Assembly (NCBI GenBank): GCA_963514005.1
Contig: OY740812.1
Location: 15,934,001-15,998,000, forward strand
Length of the DNA stretch: 64,000 nucleotides
Origin: Raja brachyura
Lineage: Eukaryota
Direction: 5' to 3'
The notes beneath the pieces are model-generated. The model did not search any database, was not told the origin of the DNA, and saw only the letters and a program-made list of their open reading frames with translations. Positions 1 to 12,830 of the stretch are shown in pieces. The position numbers and the translations under genes were made by a program. Numbering within the stretch: position 1 is the stretch's first letter; each line of letters starts with the position of its first letter.

Positions 1-610
1 CGAAGAGGAAGAGGAAGAGGAAACCAGTCAGTTGAATATTAATGGTAAGAAAAATACTGCACTCTGCAAAGGATAAAACAATAGAATACTACACATTATG
101 ATAAAGAATAGGTTAGCATGAACTCAAGATGAAAAATCACGATGATGAAATCTTTGAGGACATGACTAGCAGAATTGGTGAAGGGGACCAGCAGATGCAG
201 TGTATTTGGATTTGCCAGAAGCTCTGGAATAGGTCTCATGCAAGAGATTGCATAACAAGATTACATCAAAGAGAAACAAAGTGCAAGACTAAAATGGGTC
301 TTTTCTCAGGTTCACAGGCTGTGATTGTGGAGCACTGCAGGGAACAGCGCTTGGGACCAGCCATTCACAATATGTACTTCAAAAAATATTTGCACAAAAA
401 GTTTTAACATAAATGATCAATTAAACAGTGTTCAATCGCTACAAGGAAAAGCAGAGAACATGAATAGATTTTGACTTTCACAGGTTCGTCAAAATTAGTA
501 ACAATAAACAATTTTTTGACAGGCTTAATGGGACGGTCTCTTAAGTAAACAACATTGGCCACAGGATGCTTGATGCAAGTTTCAGCTCGTACATTTCAGC
601 TTTCCTAAAT

Positions 611-805
611 GAATGTTGGAAAGAACTGCATATGCTGGTTTAAATCAAAGGTAGACACAAAAAATAACTAAGCGGGACAGATAGCATTTCTGGAGAGAAG
701 GAATGGGTGAGACCCTTCTTCATTCTTGACCCAAAACGTCACCCATTCCTTTTATCCAGAGATGCTGCCTGTCCCACTGAGTTACTCTAGCATTTTGTGT
801 CTACC
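611..805. mobile_element. Penelope-derived palindromic repeat
   Basis: Inverted arms (gtagacacaaaa..ggaatgggtga / tcacccattcc..ttttgtgtctac); flanking direct repeat ttcctaaat at 602-610 and 806-814. Confidence 0.7.
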
Positions 806-1557
806 TTCCTAAATTAGTGGTTTGCTTTCAACATAACAATCATCAACTCTTGCGGGGACCTGGAACATGCTGCCGGGGGTGGTGGTGGAGGAAGATAGAT
901 ACAATAGTGGTGTTTAAGAGACTTGGATGGGCTCTACAGGGGAATAGGAGGGATATGAATCACATACTGACAGATTAGATCAATTTAACTTGGCATCATG
1001 TTCAGCACAAACATTGTGTCTGAAGAGCCAACTTCTGTGCTGTACTGTTCTACACGTGTTCTAAGTAACAATACTTGAATTGCCATGGGATGGAAGTCTA
1101 TGGACCAAGTGCTGGTAAATGGGATTATTGTATTAGGATACTTGGTCAGCATGGACATGATTGTTGTATGACTATAATCCATCCTCGTACAGTATTCCTA
1201 CCATTCCAACAATTCATACTTCAATGACAAGTATATTCTTTCCTGAGTATAGAGTCCAAAACTGCACGCGTTTCTTTACATATGGTCTAACTAAATTGTT
1301 ATAACAACGAACTGCAGATGTTGATTTATACCAAAGATAGACACAAAATGCCAGTGTAAATTTGTTATGCAAAAGGACCTAAAGGTGATTTTGTCAACTT
1401 TTATAAAAGTACCTGCTTGATGGGTTGTTTTTTCCCCCCAACTTAAGGGAAGGCTGAAATTAGAAGGCATTAATTTAAGGTGAGAGAGGAACGCAATATG
1501 GTGCGTATATGCAATAAGCCGCAAGAGGAAGTGGCAGAGGCACATACAATTGTCACA

Positions 1558-2254
1558 TCTATATAACCAAATCTCATCTTGACCACTTCCTGTCTGCGCT
1601 GTGTATTGATTTTAGATTTGTATTGATTTCCTCCGCTGAGGCAGCCCTGAGGATTTTTCCGATCGATGAAAAATAATAAATTTATGAATGTTTAAAAAAG
1701 CTTGGGATCAGCTGATTGGTCCTCTCATCTGTCAATCACCACGATGAAGGTAACGCCGCTTCCGGGGGGGGCCAGGAGTATAACAACCAAATGGTATGAA
1801 ATTGCATTTGAATTTGGTGGCCTGTACTCTGCTTGAAATGGTATGAAATTGCATTTGAATTTGGTGGCCTGCACTCTGCTAAAAATGGTATGACATTGCA
1901 TTTGGATTTGGTGGCCTGCACTCTGCTTGAAATGGTATTTCAAGGAATAACGGTTAGTAAACAGACAGCCCACAGGACCTGAGTGACTGAGCTGCCAACC
2001 CACCAGGCCTGAGGGACAGATCCGCCAGCCCACCAGGCCTGAGTGAGTTAGCTGCCTGCCGAATAATCCATTCGGTCTACAATGTCCGTACTAGCCCTCT
2101 GGAAACCAGTCCCTTCAGCCCACAATACCCATACTACGCCCCAGAAAGCCCCAACCGGCCACCAATATTGGAATGAGTGGAGAGGTGGAATATTGTGTTG
2201 GGGGACCAGCCCTCCTGTGTGATGCTGGGACACAACGGGTCCCACTTAGTCTAG
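1558..2254 (+). mobile_element. Non-autonomous Helitron-type element
   Basis: 5' TC, 3' CTAG, subterminal hairpin tgggac..gtccca at 2226-2244, inserted between A and T with no TSD; interrupts a CR1 remnant. Confidence 0.8.
1789..1937 (+). repeat. 47-bp tandem repeat, about 3.2 copies, inside the Helitron
   Basis: aaatggtatgaaattgcatttgaatttggtggcctgcactctgcttg starts at 1789, 1836, 1883 and partially at 1930. Confidence 0.9.
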
Positions 2255-2830
2255 TTTAAAATATATTTGAGCAGCTGCACGGATGGAATGGTTAGAGGGC
2301 CATGGGCTAATCACACCTTCTTCAACATTTCCCTTCCTCATCTTCGCCCAAGAACTTAACATTGACAAGTTACCATAAATTACGTGGGAACATTGCATTT
2401 TAAATTAACCCAATCAAAAAGCACACTATTTGACAGGTTGGTAGTTGGTAGCATCTGGACTTAGCAACCAGAGGAAGACATAGAAACCAACACAATGAAG
2501 CGATAGGTACGTGTTTGGGAAAGTTCAGAGGAATAGGGGTCAAATGGGACTAACGAAGTATGCCAAATCGGTGGCTTGGCAAGAAGGGCCTGTTTCTGTA
2601 CAGCTCTTTGACACCTGGTGCATTAACATCAGCACACAGGTTTCAAAGCATGAACTGTTGTACTTTCAGCATGTTGTATTCTGCGTTCAGTCACATGTGA
2701 CCGGCCTCACCAACGTGCAACGCAATAGCCCTCCCACTGACTGACAGTGCTACAGATATCAGAATACAGATCATGTTAGCCTGCCCACCGCCCGCACTGA
2801 CGGCGAAGCCAGAGACCCCATACACGGTAC

Positions 2831-2925
2831 CTGTCCCGACCGGCACTTAGACCCGGCGGAGCCGCAACGACGACTCGACTCAACAGCGATCACTCGTCGC
2901 CATATTTTGTTTTTCCCGCATTTCA
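2831..2925 (-). other. Putative non-coding first exon of a divergent gene
   Basis: Minus-strand donor GGGACAG|gtaccg at 2831/2830; YY1 motif oriented for leftward transcription; 5' end approximate. Confidence 0.5.
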
Positions 2926-3419
2926 GCCGCATCACGTGACCCCCGCAGCGTCACGTGACGGAACATCAGTCGTCACCGCACGTGACGCGCTTACGTACGC
3001 GTGACGCGAGGCCGATTGTACGTCATGACGCTAAACAGAGAGGGAAGGTTCGGCTTTGAAGTTACATTCATCCCCTCACGGCTGCGAATTTCCCCCCCAT
3101 CACGCCGCGCTTCCCATTTCTCCTCGACGGACCGCAGTGGGTATTTTGTCCGCTGGCGGGTGGTGAACGAGTGTAATATTTGATAAAGATGTGGCGGAAG
3201 GGGGCCGCTTCCTGTCAGCTGACGCGGCGGCGGCCAATGGGAGGCGGTGTTTACCGCGGTGGGTGCTGGGAGGGGTGGGCGGTGTGAGGTAAACAGAGGC
3301 GAGGGCGGCCGAGGAGGAGCGGCGGCGGCGGCGACGGTAGTGACAGCGACAGGACCGGCACTCGCACCCACCGCTCTCAGGGCAGGCGGAGCACCTCGCC
3401 CTCACCGCCACCGCGGGGG

Positions 3420-3539
3420 ATGGAGATGGAGACACAGATCCAGCTGTTCGTCAGCTGCGGCGCCCACACGCAGACTTTCCTGGTGTGCGGCTCCGCGGCG
3501 GCGGCGGCGGCGACGACGTGGGCCGACCTGGAGGCGATG
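3420..3539 (+). CDS. NBR1: NBR1 coding exon 1 (PB1 N-terminus)
   Basis: MEMETQIQLFVSCGAHTQTFLVCGSAAAAAATTWADLEAM, compare human MEPQVTLNV..TTWADIEAM; donor ATG|gtgagt. Confidence 0.92.
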
Positions 3540-5962
3540 GTGAGTGCGGGAGAGGCCCGGCTGCCCCCACCGGGGCCTGGGGTTGTCGGGGAGACCGCCC
3601 CGCCCCCTACACCCCCGGCTCCGGGGAGTCATCCTTGCATCGTCCGCCCAAACGCCGTCTGCTTTGGTCTGAAGGAGGGTCTCGGCCCGAAATGTCACCC
3701 ATTCCTTCTCTCCAGAAATGCTGTCCCGCTGAGTGGCTCCAGCATTTTAGGTGTAAACCAGCCTTCGTACATATGCGATCTGGTCTCACTTTGCGTTTGT
3801 TGTTGTGGCTGAGATTGGATTGTTGTTTTATTTTAAAATTTAACTACGACATCCTGTGGCGACTTTCCTCCTTTTGCCCAGCATTTTCATCTGAGTATGC
3901 CAAGTATTTCCATGCTGGAGTTGCTTTACAAGATTACATAAAGATTATTGTACAGTGAGCCCTTAACGTTTAGAAGAATAAAACATCGTGCTGAATTCGC
4001 TACTCTTTCTCTTTTCATGACCTTTCAGCCCTCACACCTTTCCCTTCAAATGTCCCTCCGATTTTCATTGAATATTGCTTTCAAATCTATCTTCACCATT
4101 ATACCTAATTATATATTGCAGAGAGCAGTTTTTCCTCACTTGACCTCTAATTCTTTTCTCATTACATGCCCTCCCAATCTTGAGTCTCAAGTCTCTACAG
4201 GGCCTCTAGGCCCTTACCACTCTTATACTTTTGACAGGCTGTATCAAAATGTCCTGACCCGGCGGAACTCTCTGCTTCGTTATTCTATTCGTTTAACATC
4301 CTGAGCCTCATTGGCGTAAATGTCGTCTACCCCCAGTTTGCATCCCTCTTGAACTGTGTTACCCAGGACGGGACACAGTCCAGTTATGGCTGAAATAATG
4401 GTTTTAAAACAGTTTGTCATGACTCGCTTTGTCATCTATTCTAAATCTGTTTTAAACCCTCACGATCCCATGTGTTTTTCAACCACTGTCTCGACGACTT
4501 ATTGCATTCAGATGATTTATGCATATATACATACAGATCTCCCCTCCATGTCATCTTTTGAGAATTCTGTTCAATATTTTGTATAGCTTCTAATATTTCC
4601 TACTGCCACAAACGCTTAGCATTTTTCTGTTAAATATTGTTGCCACATGTCTACCAATTCTATCGGCCTGAATGTAATACTTGTCACCTCTTCACGATTT
4701 ACTGTGGTTCCAAATTTTGTGTTGGCTGTCAATTCAGAAACTAATATTCACATGTGCTGCAAATGCGAATTTTGGCCAATAGGCTGTAATCTAGATAAAT
4801 CAAAGATGTGGCATATTTACCATGTCCACCACATTGCCCCCTATTTTGGCACAAAAAAAATGAGTTGCAGGCAAACCAATGCTAGATTGCAATATTGCTG
4901 GTGACTGTTAATTGTGTCTGTAATCATCATTTATATAAGCTTCCCTGCTGCTGGGGTGAAATCGATTGGCCTGGAAATTTTGGGTTAATCCTTGTATTAC
5001 TTTTTGAATAAGATTGTAATATTAACAATTCTGCTGTCTTCGGAGACCACGATTTCTCACAGTTTCTAAAAAAAATTATAAATTCATAGCTTAATGTCAG
5101 CTCAATTCTGTTTCACAAATCTAGGTGCAATTTGGTCCTTTCAGGCGTTAGTATTAATATTTATTTTAGAACTAACACTATTGATCATGAATGCATTGCC
5201 CCTTATGTTCTTAATTAAAGGAACCATTTTATTTAAATGAGGTGTATATCGATTTATTATTTCCTTGATAATAAGCTGCCATCCTGTTTAGTGTTTTTCA
5301 CTGATTGGGTGCCTGCTTGATTTTCCTTAAATGTATGCTAATGCATGCCCATTTTACAATAGAAGCATTGTGATGTGGCATTGCTGTGGGTGTAGCCAAG
5401 AATGGTGTACAGTGCAAAGCCCAGAATCAGTTGATACTGTGATGTATTCTGACTAATGCTGGTATAAAAGATCCCCTGGTATGAATGTTATGTGGCTGTG
5501 CTAGTTAAAGAATATTTAGTAAGCAAGCTTTCTGCCTTTCCATATGGCACTGATTTGCTTTTTGGCAAATCCGGCAGCTATTGAGTGAACAAGAGAAGAA
5601 TAATAGAATGATGGCTGAAGAGGTTGATAACTTTTCGCTTTTTTGAATAAATTTGAATCTGACATTTTTAAAATGGGTTGTATACTAGAAACTTTTATAT
5701 TTCCGTTAGAGCCACCCCTGAGGGGTAGTTGGTAAATATTTTGTATTCAAATATAGTTCGCATCAGAGAAGTGTAATTTAAGAGCTAAACTATTGTTTTT
5801 TTGATGCAGAGATGCAATGTAAAGACCATGTTTCTGTTATTATTTTTAAATGCTAGGAAGCTGGGGGAAAAGTCTTAGCCTTGTTTGGACCTGGCTTTTC
5901 AAAGTTTAGCATGTCGTTTCTTGGGTAGGTTAGAATTTTGTAGCCTAGTGTCAATTTTACTT

Positions 5963-6270
5963 GATATAACCATATAAACCATATAACCATATAACAATTA
6001 CAGCACGGAAACAGGCCATCTCGGCCCTTCAAGTCCGTGCCGAACAACTTTTTTCCCTTAGTCCCACCTGCCTGCACTCATACCATAACCCTCCATACCC
6101 TTCTCATCCATATGCCTATCCAATTTATTTTTAAATGATACCAACGAACCTGCCGCCACCACTTCCACTGGAAGCTCATACCACACCGCTACCACTCTCT
6201 GAGTAAAGAAGTTCCCCCTCATGTTACCCCTAAACCTCTGTCCCTTAATTCTAAAGTCATGTCCTCTTGA
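5963..6270 (-). mobile_element. CR1-type LINE 3' end
   Basis: (catataac)n tail followed by a typical CR1 3' region (gagtaaagaagttccccctcatgtt). Confidence 0.7.
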
Positions 6271-8695
6271 TCCTGTAGGTTTCTATCATTCAGTTGTATA
6301 TATTGTGCTGAATCGTTTCTTTTCCTTTAAGTGCTATCATGGTGGTTGATAATTTGTAATTTCTCCCTTTGAGGTATTGTCCCTTGGGCTATGGTCACGG
6401 GTTTGTTCTAAATGAATTGAATGATGAAGCATCTTTGATTTTACTGAAGTTGCATAAAAATAAGGAAGGTGTTAGAGACTGAAGAAATGCAACAATTGAA
6501 GCAGAGAGTAATCCCCAAAATTTAATAGTTTGTTCTAACGATTCTCTTCTAGTAAATAGTTGAATTCCTGAAAATAGTTTGGGTGTTCTGTAGAAAAGTT
6601 TCAAAGTACTAAATTGCAATATACTTAAGAGGCTGATTTTTTTTTACGTTATAAAATGTTATGAAACAAAAAATGTGACTGTACCAAGCACACTTGACAA
6701 TAAATAATCAATCCATCAATGTTACAATGTGATTGTAACATCTACTGTCTGCCATACATTTTAATATAGTATCATTCATGATCTTGTAGTGATACGCAAG
6801 GTGTTTTTGAATGTTGTGCTGAGCCAGAAAGCTTGTTGATAGCAAAGTCTGCCAACAGCGATGTAAAATGCTGGGTAATTATTTTTAGTGATTATTTTGA
6901 ACACAGTGAAAGTTTTATAAGAATATCAGTAATAACTCAATGATCATCTTGGCATAAAACTAGTATTTTTTTAGCTAAACAAACAAGATTTTGTACGATG
7001 TATAAAAGTCTGAGATCTATCAGCATTTTTGCATTAATTAATTATGAAAGTCTTAAAGCAAATATTGAGGAACCTCTTTCTGAGGCGAGAGTACTTTCAG
7101 TGAGTCACACTGATACTTACATTTAAAACTGAAAAACTTGCTGGTTAAGCAGCACAGCAGAACCACACCATCTATAAAGCTAGCTTGATAATTCTGTTGC
7201 AAGGTAGACCGTATTTCCTTCTCTCTCTTCCCCCCCCACCCCCCCGTGCCTAATTTTTGCACATCCCTAATCCTGGACTTTCCACTCTTCACTTTAATTT
7301 CATGTATCTTGTTGAGTTTTGTGACTGTTGGCAGACCAATTTCCCTCCTGGGATTTATAAAGTTCTATTGTATGGTATATGTTGACTATAGCAGTTCTTT
7401 CTTCACACCTCTTGAGTCTATGTCTGCTGATGCTGCAAATATTCTATTAAATGACTTTTTTTCTCAAATTTTCTAAACCATAATTCAAAATGCTGTGCAA
7501 AATATTGAATGGAACTTGATTACTCCAGTTCGAACTCTCAAAAGTACAAAAATATTTAGTTAATATTTTGATTATAATTGAGATTTTATCAAAACATATG
7601 TAATATATTGCTAGGGTACCAAAGTAGGAACAGGATTGTTTGCTTTTTCATCTCATGCACATAACTTGGTTGATAAGGCTTAAAGTGCATACTGATGAGA
7701 TGTGTGTCTAAATATAAAAGCATCTTTATAGGTGCACTATGAAGTGCCATGTATAAGATGCTATGGGAGACATGGTTCAGTTATGCACAAAAACATTTTG
7801 GGGGCTCTGTGGCTTAAGGCTTCACAGTCTCTGCAAATGCACAATGCATTTCATATTCTTTCACAATATGTTAGAGTTTGTGGAAATATTAATTTGGGCT
7901 GTGTATAGAGGGAGTAAGTTTGGGAGGAATAGGGATAGATATATTAATTTTGTGCTGGTGTATCTTTGTAAATGCTTATTGTGCTTCTGAATTACTTGTT
8001 GATGGAGTCAGTTGTGTTTAATAATAGTTAATTCACAGGAATTTCAGGGGAAATAGGAAGAGTATGTTTTAGTTGTGATTGAAAACATCAAGTTTATGAA
8101 TCCATGAAATAGGAGAATGATACAAATATTCAGCAAGTCAGACAGCATCTTTGGTGAAAAAGTTAGCTAATGATCTTTTAATCTGACCTGAACTATATTT
8201 ACAGCTTAAACTTTCCCCAACAGGCATGGAATGCTGCCTTACATCTGCATAACTGTATAAGGTTGTGCACTTATAAGGAGAGAAGGAAAATAGAACATTA
8301 AGATGTACAAGAATTATCTTAGGATATTAAGATGTTGTGCCTTTTTGGTACAGATTTAACTTCATGCAACTGGTGATGGCATTTGGCATCTTCAAGGAGA
8401 AAAGAAAGAAAATTACTTGTTTAGCTGAAATACAAAATTTCAGTTATTCCATGTGGTATGAAGCTTTCACCTCACAGGCCTGCCTGGCTGGTTGGACTTT
8501 TGATACATTTTTTTTTTAAAGTTTGAGATTTCTGGATTTTATTTGAAATAACTGAGAACCAAGTAGAACTAATTGATGTCTTGTAACTCTGACAGTATAC
8601 TTTTTGTATATGGACTTGTCAATAATTGGATGCTTTTGTACGTGTTTTACTGTGATATATTCCACAAATTTTGAAAAGTGCTCATCTTTTTTCAG

Positions 8696-8758
8696 ATAAA
8701 AGTGTCATTTGATCTTAACCATGTTCAAGTGAAGTACTTTGATGAAGATAATGAAGAG
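8696..8758 (+). CDS. NBR1: NBR1 exon 2 (PB1 acidic OPCA motif)
   Basis: ttcag|IKVSFDLNHVQVKYFDEDNEE|gtgagt. Confidence 0.95.
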
Positions 8759-9752
8759 GTGAGTTCCTGTGAAGTTATGGTAAAGCACTGAAATATGTAC
8801 AAATTGACTTTGTACTGTAGCTTTTAATGTGGCTGACATTGATAGCTAGTTGACGTGATTTCACGTGTAATTTCTATTTTGTAAGATTACCTTCTTGTTG
8901 AGTTGTGCTGTTTGGAGTTTATGGCATCTGCTGTTTGCCTGCAATGAGTTAAACCTATGCTGATCTGTTGCTTTCTTTTGGGAGATGGGAAATAAAAATA
9001 AGTGAGTTCGTTGAGGACTTCAAAAGACCTAATGGATAGAAAATTAGAACCAGGCTAAATTGCTAGCACATTTAATGATCAGATAATTGAGCTGGCACTG
9101 CAGGGCATAGGGGATGAATTGTTAGATAGTCTGGTTTGTTAATGGGATTTGTCAGAACAAATCAATTAGAGGGTCTACACAAAGTTGAGTGATGTAATGG
9201 TTACATATCTGAAGATTGCATGTATGTCAGAGATCTGAAGGTCATCTAGGTAAACTTGAGATTTTATCAATCTGTAGCTAAATTCAGAGGGCTGAACTAT
9301 GCAGGATTTCTTCAAAACATGTAAACACCAACTGCATGTAAAGCTTCTTCACTTCCTTGCAGTGGAGGTTCATGTAATTGTTCTCAAAGGATTTCTTATT
9401 CCCAGCATTGTGTGTAGGAGTGAAATTTTCATTAGTGAAATATTAATTACTATCTTAGATGGCAATGTATATATTTTTAAAAACACAGTGCTAGAGGAAC
9501 TCAGCAGGTCAGGCAGCATCTATCGAGGGAAGAGGACAGACAATGTTTTTGGTCAGGACCCAATCGGTCTGATGTTTAGGGTCTCAACCCGAAATGTTGT
9601 CTGTCCATTTCACTTCACAGATGCTGCCTTACACTTTTGCTGAAGTTTGCAGCATCTGCTGTCTCTGTCTTCAATGCAGTGTATGTGTTTGCTTGATATT
9701 TTCCAATTTTTATCAGTGTATTCTATGTTTCACAATCTTTTTCTTTTTCCAG

Positions 9753-9771
9753 GTATCTGTTAACAGTGCAG
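9753..9771 (+). CDS. NBR1: NBR1 exon 3 (19-nt microexon)
   Basis: ttccag|VSVNSA+G|gtgggt, compare human VSINSQ; frame fits both neighbours. Confidence 0.9.
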
Positions 9772-10870
9772 GTGGGTGTATCCATTTACATTGATAAGAA
9801 TTGAAAGTCTGTAGTTTAATTAAAATTGTTGGGGTATACTTTTGAATTCAATGCTTATTGTGTTTGGCCTCAAACAGAAAAAGCAGGTAAAAAGTTACCT
9901 GTGTGAGGACAGTGGATCATTTTATGAATGTTATGTATGTTTTTCCAAGAAATGTCAACTGAACTCTGTGGTAGTAGAATAAGCCTGTGGTAATAAACCA
10001 CATGCAGTTTGTGGTTGAACAGCCAATTACGGTGTCTTGAATGTGCCTTGATGTGTTAAAAACAAGCGCTTCTAGTGCTCAATGCTGATTAGAAGGACCT
10101 CAAGATTAGAAGATGCGGGATATACCAGTTAAGACATCATTAGTTTTCAGTAGGCCATGGGACTTGAGGAGAGAATACACATGTTATCTGGTACTCTGTT
10201 GGTGGGATAGGTAAATCCTGCAGTTGTAGTGCATCCTAACTTGCCTTATTCAACACAGGACAGCAGTATCAATGATGATTTGGTGTTTTCTTTCTATGGA
10301 CCAATGGGAATCTAGTAAGCAATCCCTTTAGGACTCGCATGAAAGGATTTACTATTCCCGGTGTTGTGTTTAAGGAGCGAAATTTTTACTTGGGGACCTC
10401 TAGATAAGAGGGCAATATGTAGGTGTTGAAACATTAATTGACTATCTCCATGTATGATTTGAGAAATCAGTTGGAAATATCTAATGGCAAGTGAATGCTA
10501 TAAAGGAAGAATATATCTTAAAGTAATATTTGAAGTCATCAGGCATCACTAGATAGATGGTCTTCATTCAGAGAAGGTCAAGTGTTTTTCACAAAGATGA
10601 AATTTTGCTGATTGAGTACCGCCAGCAAAGTAAATGGTAGTTTAGCCTCAACAATTGTTTTGGTAGCTGTTCCTAGATTGAGCCAAACAAGTCTCGGCTA
10701 ATGCAGTGACTGTTCTGTTTAAATAGGTTTTTTTTTTAAACAACAAAATTGTATTTTTTTGTAATTAGCCTTGTTATAGAGTCACAACTGCTAAGACTGC
10801 TATTAGACATTTGTGTTATCCTTGCACTTTTCTTGTATGATAGTTGTTTTAAATGTTTTTTCTTCTGCAG

Positions 10871-10893
10871 AGGAATATGAAGAACTTTTAAAG
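10871..10893 (+). CDS. NBR1: NBR1 exon 4 (23-nt microexon)
   Basis: ctgcag|(E)EYEELLK|gtaatt, compare human GEYEEALK. Confidence 0.9.
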
Positions 10894-11622
10894 GTAATTA
10901 TTGTTAATTCTGATTTAACACAACTTTGATATTCAATTCTGTTGTTTAATTCTGCTTAATTTCCCATATTGAGTACTTTAATTGACTTTTACTCAAAAGG
11001 AATTGCTTCAGAGTACTGCAATAAATATTTCATTTGTTTTTTGATATAATTACTTCCTTGTAATCAGTTGCATCAGTAAATTCACCAATTTACAACTCTG
11101 ATTATTAATCCTTTTAATGGATGTAAGTAGTCAAATGTCATGAACAAATATGGGTACATTCTGTATCTTGTTCCACAAAGTCATTGCCAGGGAAATGCTT
11201 CTCTTCCAAATTCTATACCATGGGTCTCTCCTTTTTCTTATCCATGTTGGATCTCTACATATGCACTGATACCTGGTTGAGCTGCGCACCACCTATCTGT
11301 TGCTTACAAATTTATTTAAAAATTTGCATTCACAATTCATAACATTTTTGCTGCCCATAGCTTTTCCATAGCTAATTATTAGACCAAAGGCATTATTTTC
11401 ATGTCTGGGCTCTAGCTACTGACATCTCCCTGAAAACTGCCTGAGGCTAAACAAGTTAAATTCTAATCTATTGTCTGGCATTTGAGTACAAAATAAATGA
11501 TTAACCAGTTTTAGCAGTGTCATCAGTGGCTTCCATTCTATAATGTTATTGAATTCCATCCCTGTCTAAGTACATCTATTGATGAAACCTTCACCTATGT
11601 CTTTACTACCTCTCAGACTCAA

Positions 11623-11677
11623 CCGTACCAGTGCAGTTGTGATGAGCTTTCCGTACCAGTGCAGTTGTGATGAGCTT
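11623..11677 (+). repeat. 28-bp tandem duplication
   Basis: ccgtaccagtgcagttgtgatgagctt at 11623 and 11651. Confidence 0.9.
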
Positions 11678-12492
11678 CTGTTTTTTTACCTTCCACAAAC
11701 ATCTGCTCCTGCTCTCCTTTGTCCGTATTCACTATAACTTACTTATCAATCTCCCTGAATGAATGCACTTGGCTTGTTTCTTGCTTAAGCAAGTTTAATT
11801 TTAAAATTCTTATTTGTGTCCTTGCTTCCCTTTTTGCCCCTCCCTAATTCTTTGGATGTCTGTACTTCTCCAATTGCAGCATCTTGTACTTGCCTGAAGT
11901 CTATTAATTTTTGCTCACTGATAGTCATCTCGTTTGGTAGTCAAACTGCAATCTCCAGAGTTTCTGCTTCAAATTGTTGGGCTCTCCTTCCTCCATTTTA
12001 AAATACTGTTAATGTCATCCTTTATGGATCAGCCTCAGATTTGGCTTGATACTATCCCTTTAAGCACTTTGCAGTGTTTAAAGGTACTAGATAAATACGA
12101 GTAGTTGTTCCTCGTGTGAACAAGACTGTAACTTCATCTCTTCAGCTTGCAAACTAAACTAGAGGGCATTAAAAGGTTGGAAACATTGGTTGTGATTGGA
12201 ATCTAGTTAGGATGGATTGGATAATAGATGGCATTTTTCCTTTCTTTGTTCTATCTGTTAATAATCAGATTTGTTGAATTAAGATTTACAATTCATTAAA
12301 CTTTCCATCCAGAATTGCTGTTGTAGTTTTATAAATGTATCCATTCCCAGCTGGCTATGTTTTCCTTAACTTTTGAAAATAAAAGCGCATGCTGTTTGGT
12401 AGTAAGCCATTCTGTTTAATTGTTGGCGCCTGTGATCTGCATTTAGTGTGATGTGATTTCTATCTTTATCGCTTTGTTTTCTTCCTAATCAG

Positions 12493-12702
12493 AGTGCAGT
12501 TAAACAAGGAAAGCAGATTCAAATGAATGCCTACAAAATAAAACTGGATAAAATGGAAAATCACAGCACAAAAAGAACGTTTGAAAATAATGAGTTGAAG
12601 GAGTCTCAGAATAAGAAAATTAAGAAAAAAGAAATGAAACATTCACAACTAATAAAAATCATTGGCCCAGAGATGAAGGTTTCGAAAGAAATTAAAAGAA
12701 AG
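12493..12702 (+). CDS. NBR1: NBR1 exon 5 (PB1 end plus linker)
   Basis: atcag|SAVKQGKQIQMNAY..EIKRK|gtaatt, compare human MAVKQGNQLQMQV. Confidence 0.9.
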
Positions 12703-12830
12703 GTAATTTTATTTGTATAAAGAGAAAATTCTCAACAGCTGTCCAATGGCTGTATTGATCACTGGTATAGCCTTGCACATTAATCCACAGCAGTAGTAAA
12801 TTGGAATGGACTTCAAATAATCTGTCTGTA

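Larger units (their letters stand above)
2780..3660. promoter_or_regulatory. CpG-island, probably bidirectional promoter of NBR1
   Basis: CpG-dense. YY1 CGCCATATT 2898-2906, E2F TTTCCCGC 2912-2919, (G)TCACGTGAC at 2932-2940 and 2950-2959, CACGTGAC 2979-2986, CRE-like ACGTCA/TGACG, CCAAT 3234-3238, ETS-like GGAA. Confidence 0.85.

Noticed and set aside
1789-1937. CRISPR-like appearance of the 47-bp repeats
   Set aside because: Head-to-tail tandem units with no unique spacers, in a eukaryotic context with no cas genes.
3420-3958. 130-aa and 157-aa ORFs at the gene start
   Set aside because: Only 3420-3539 is NBR1-like; the rest is read-through into intron and repeat sequence.
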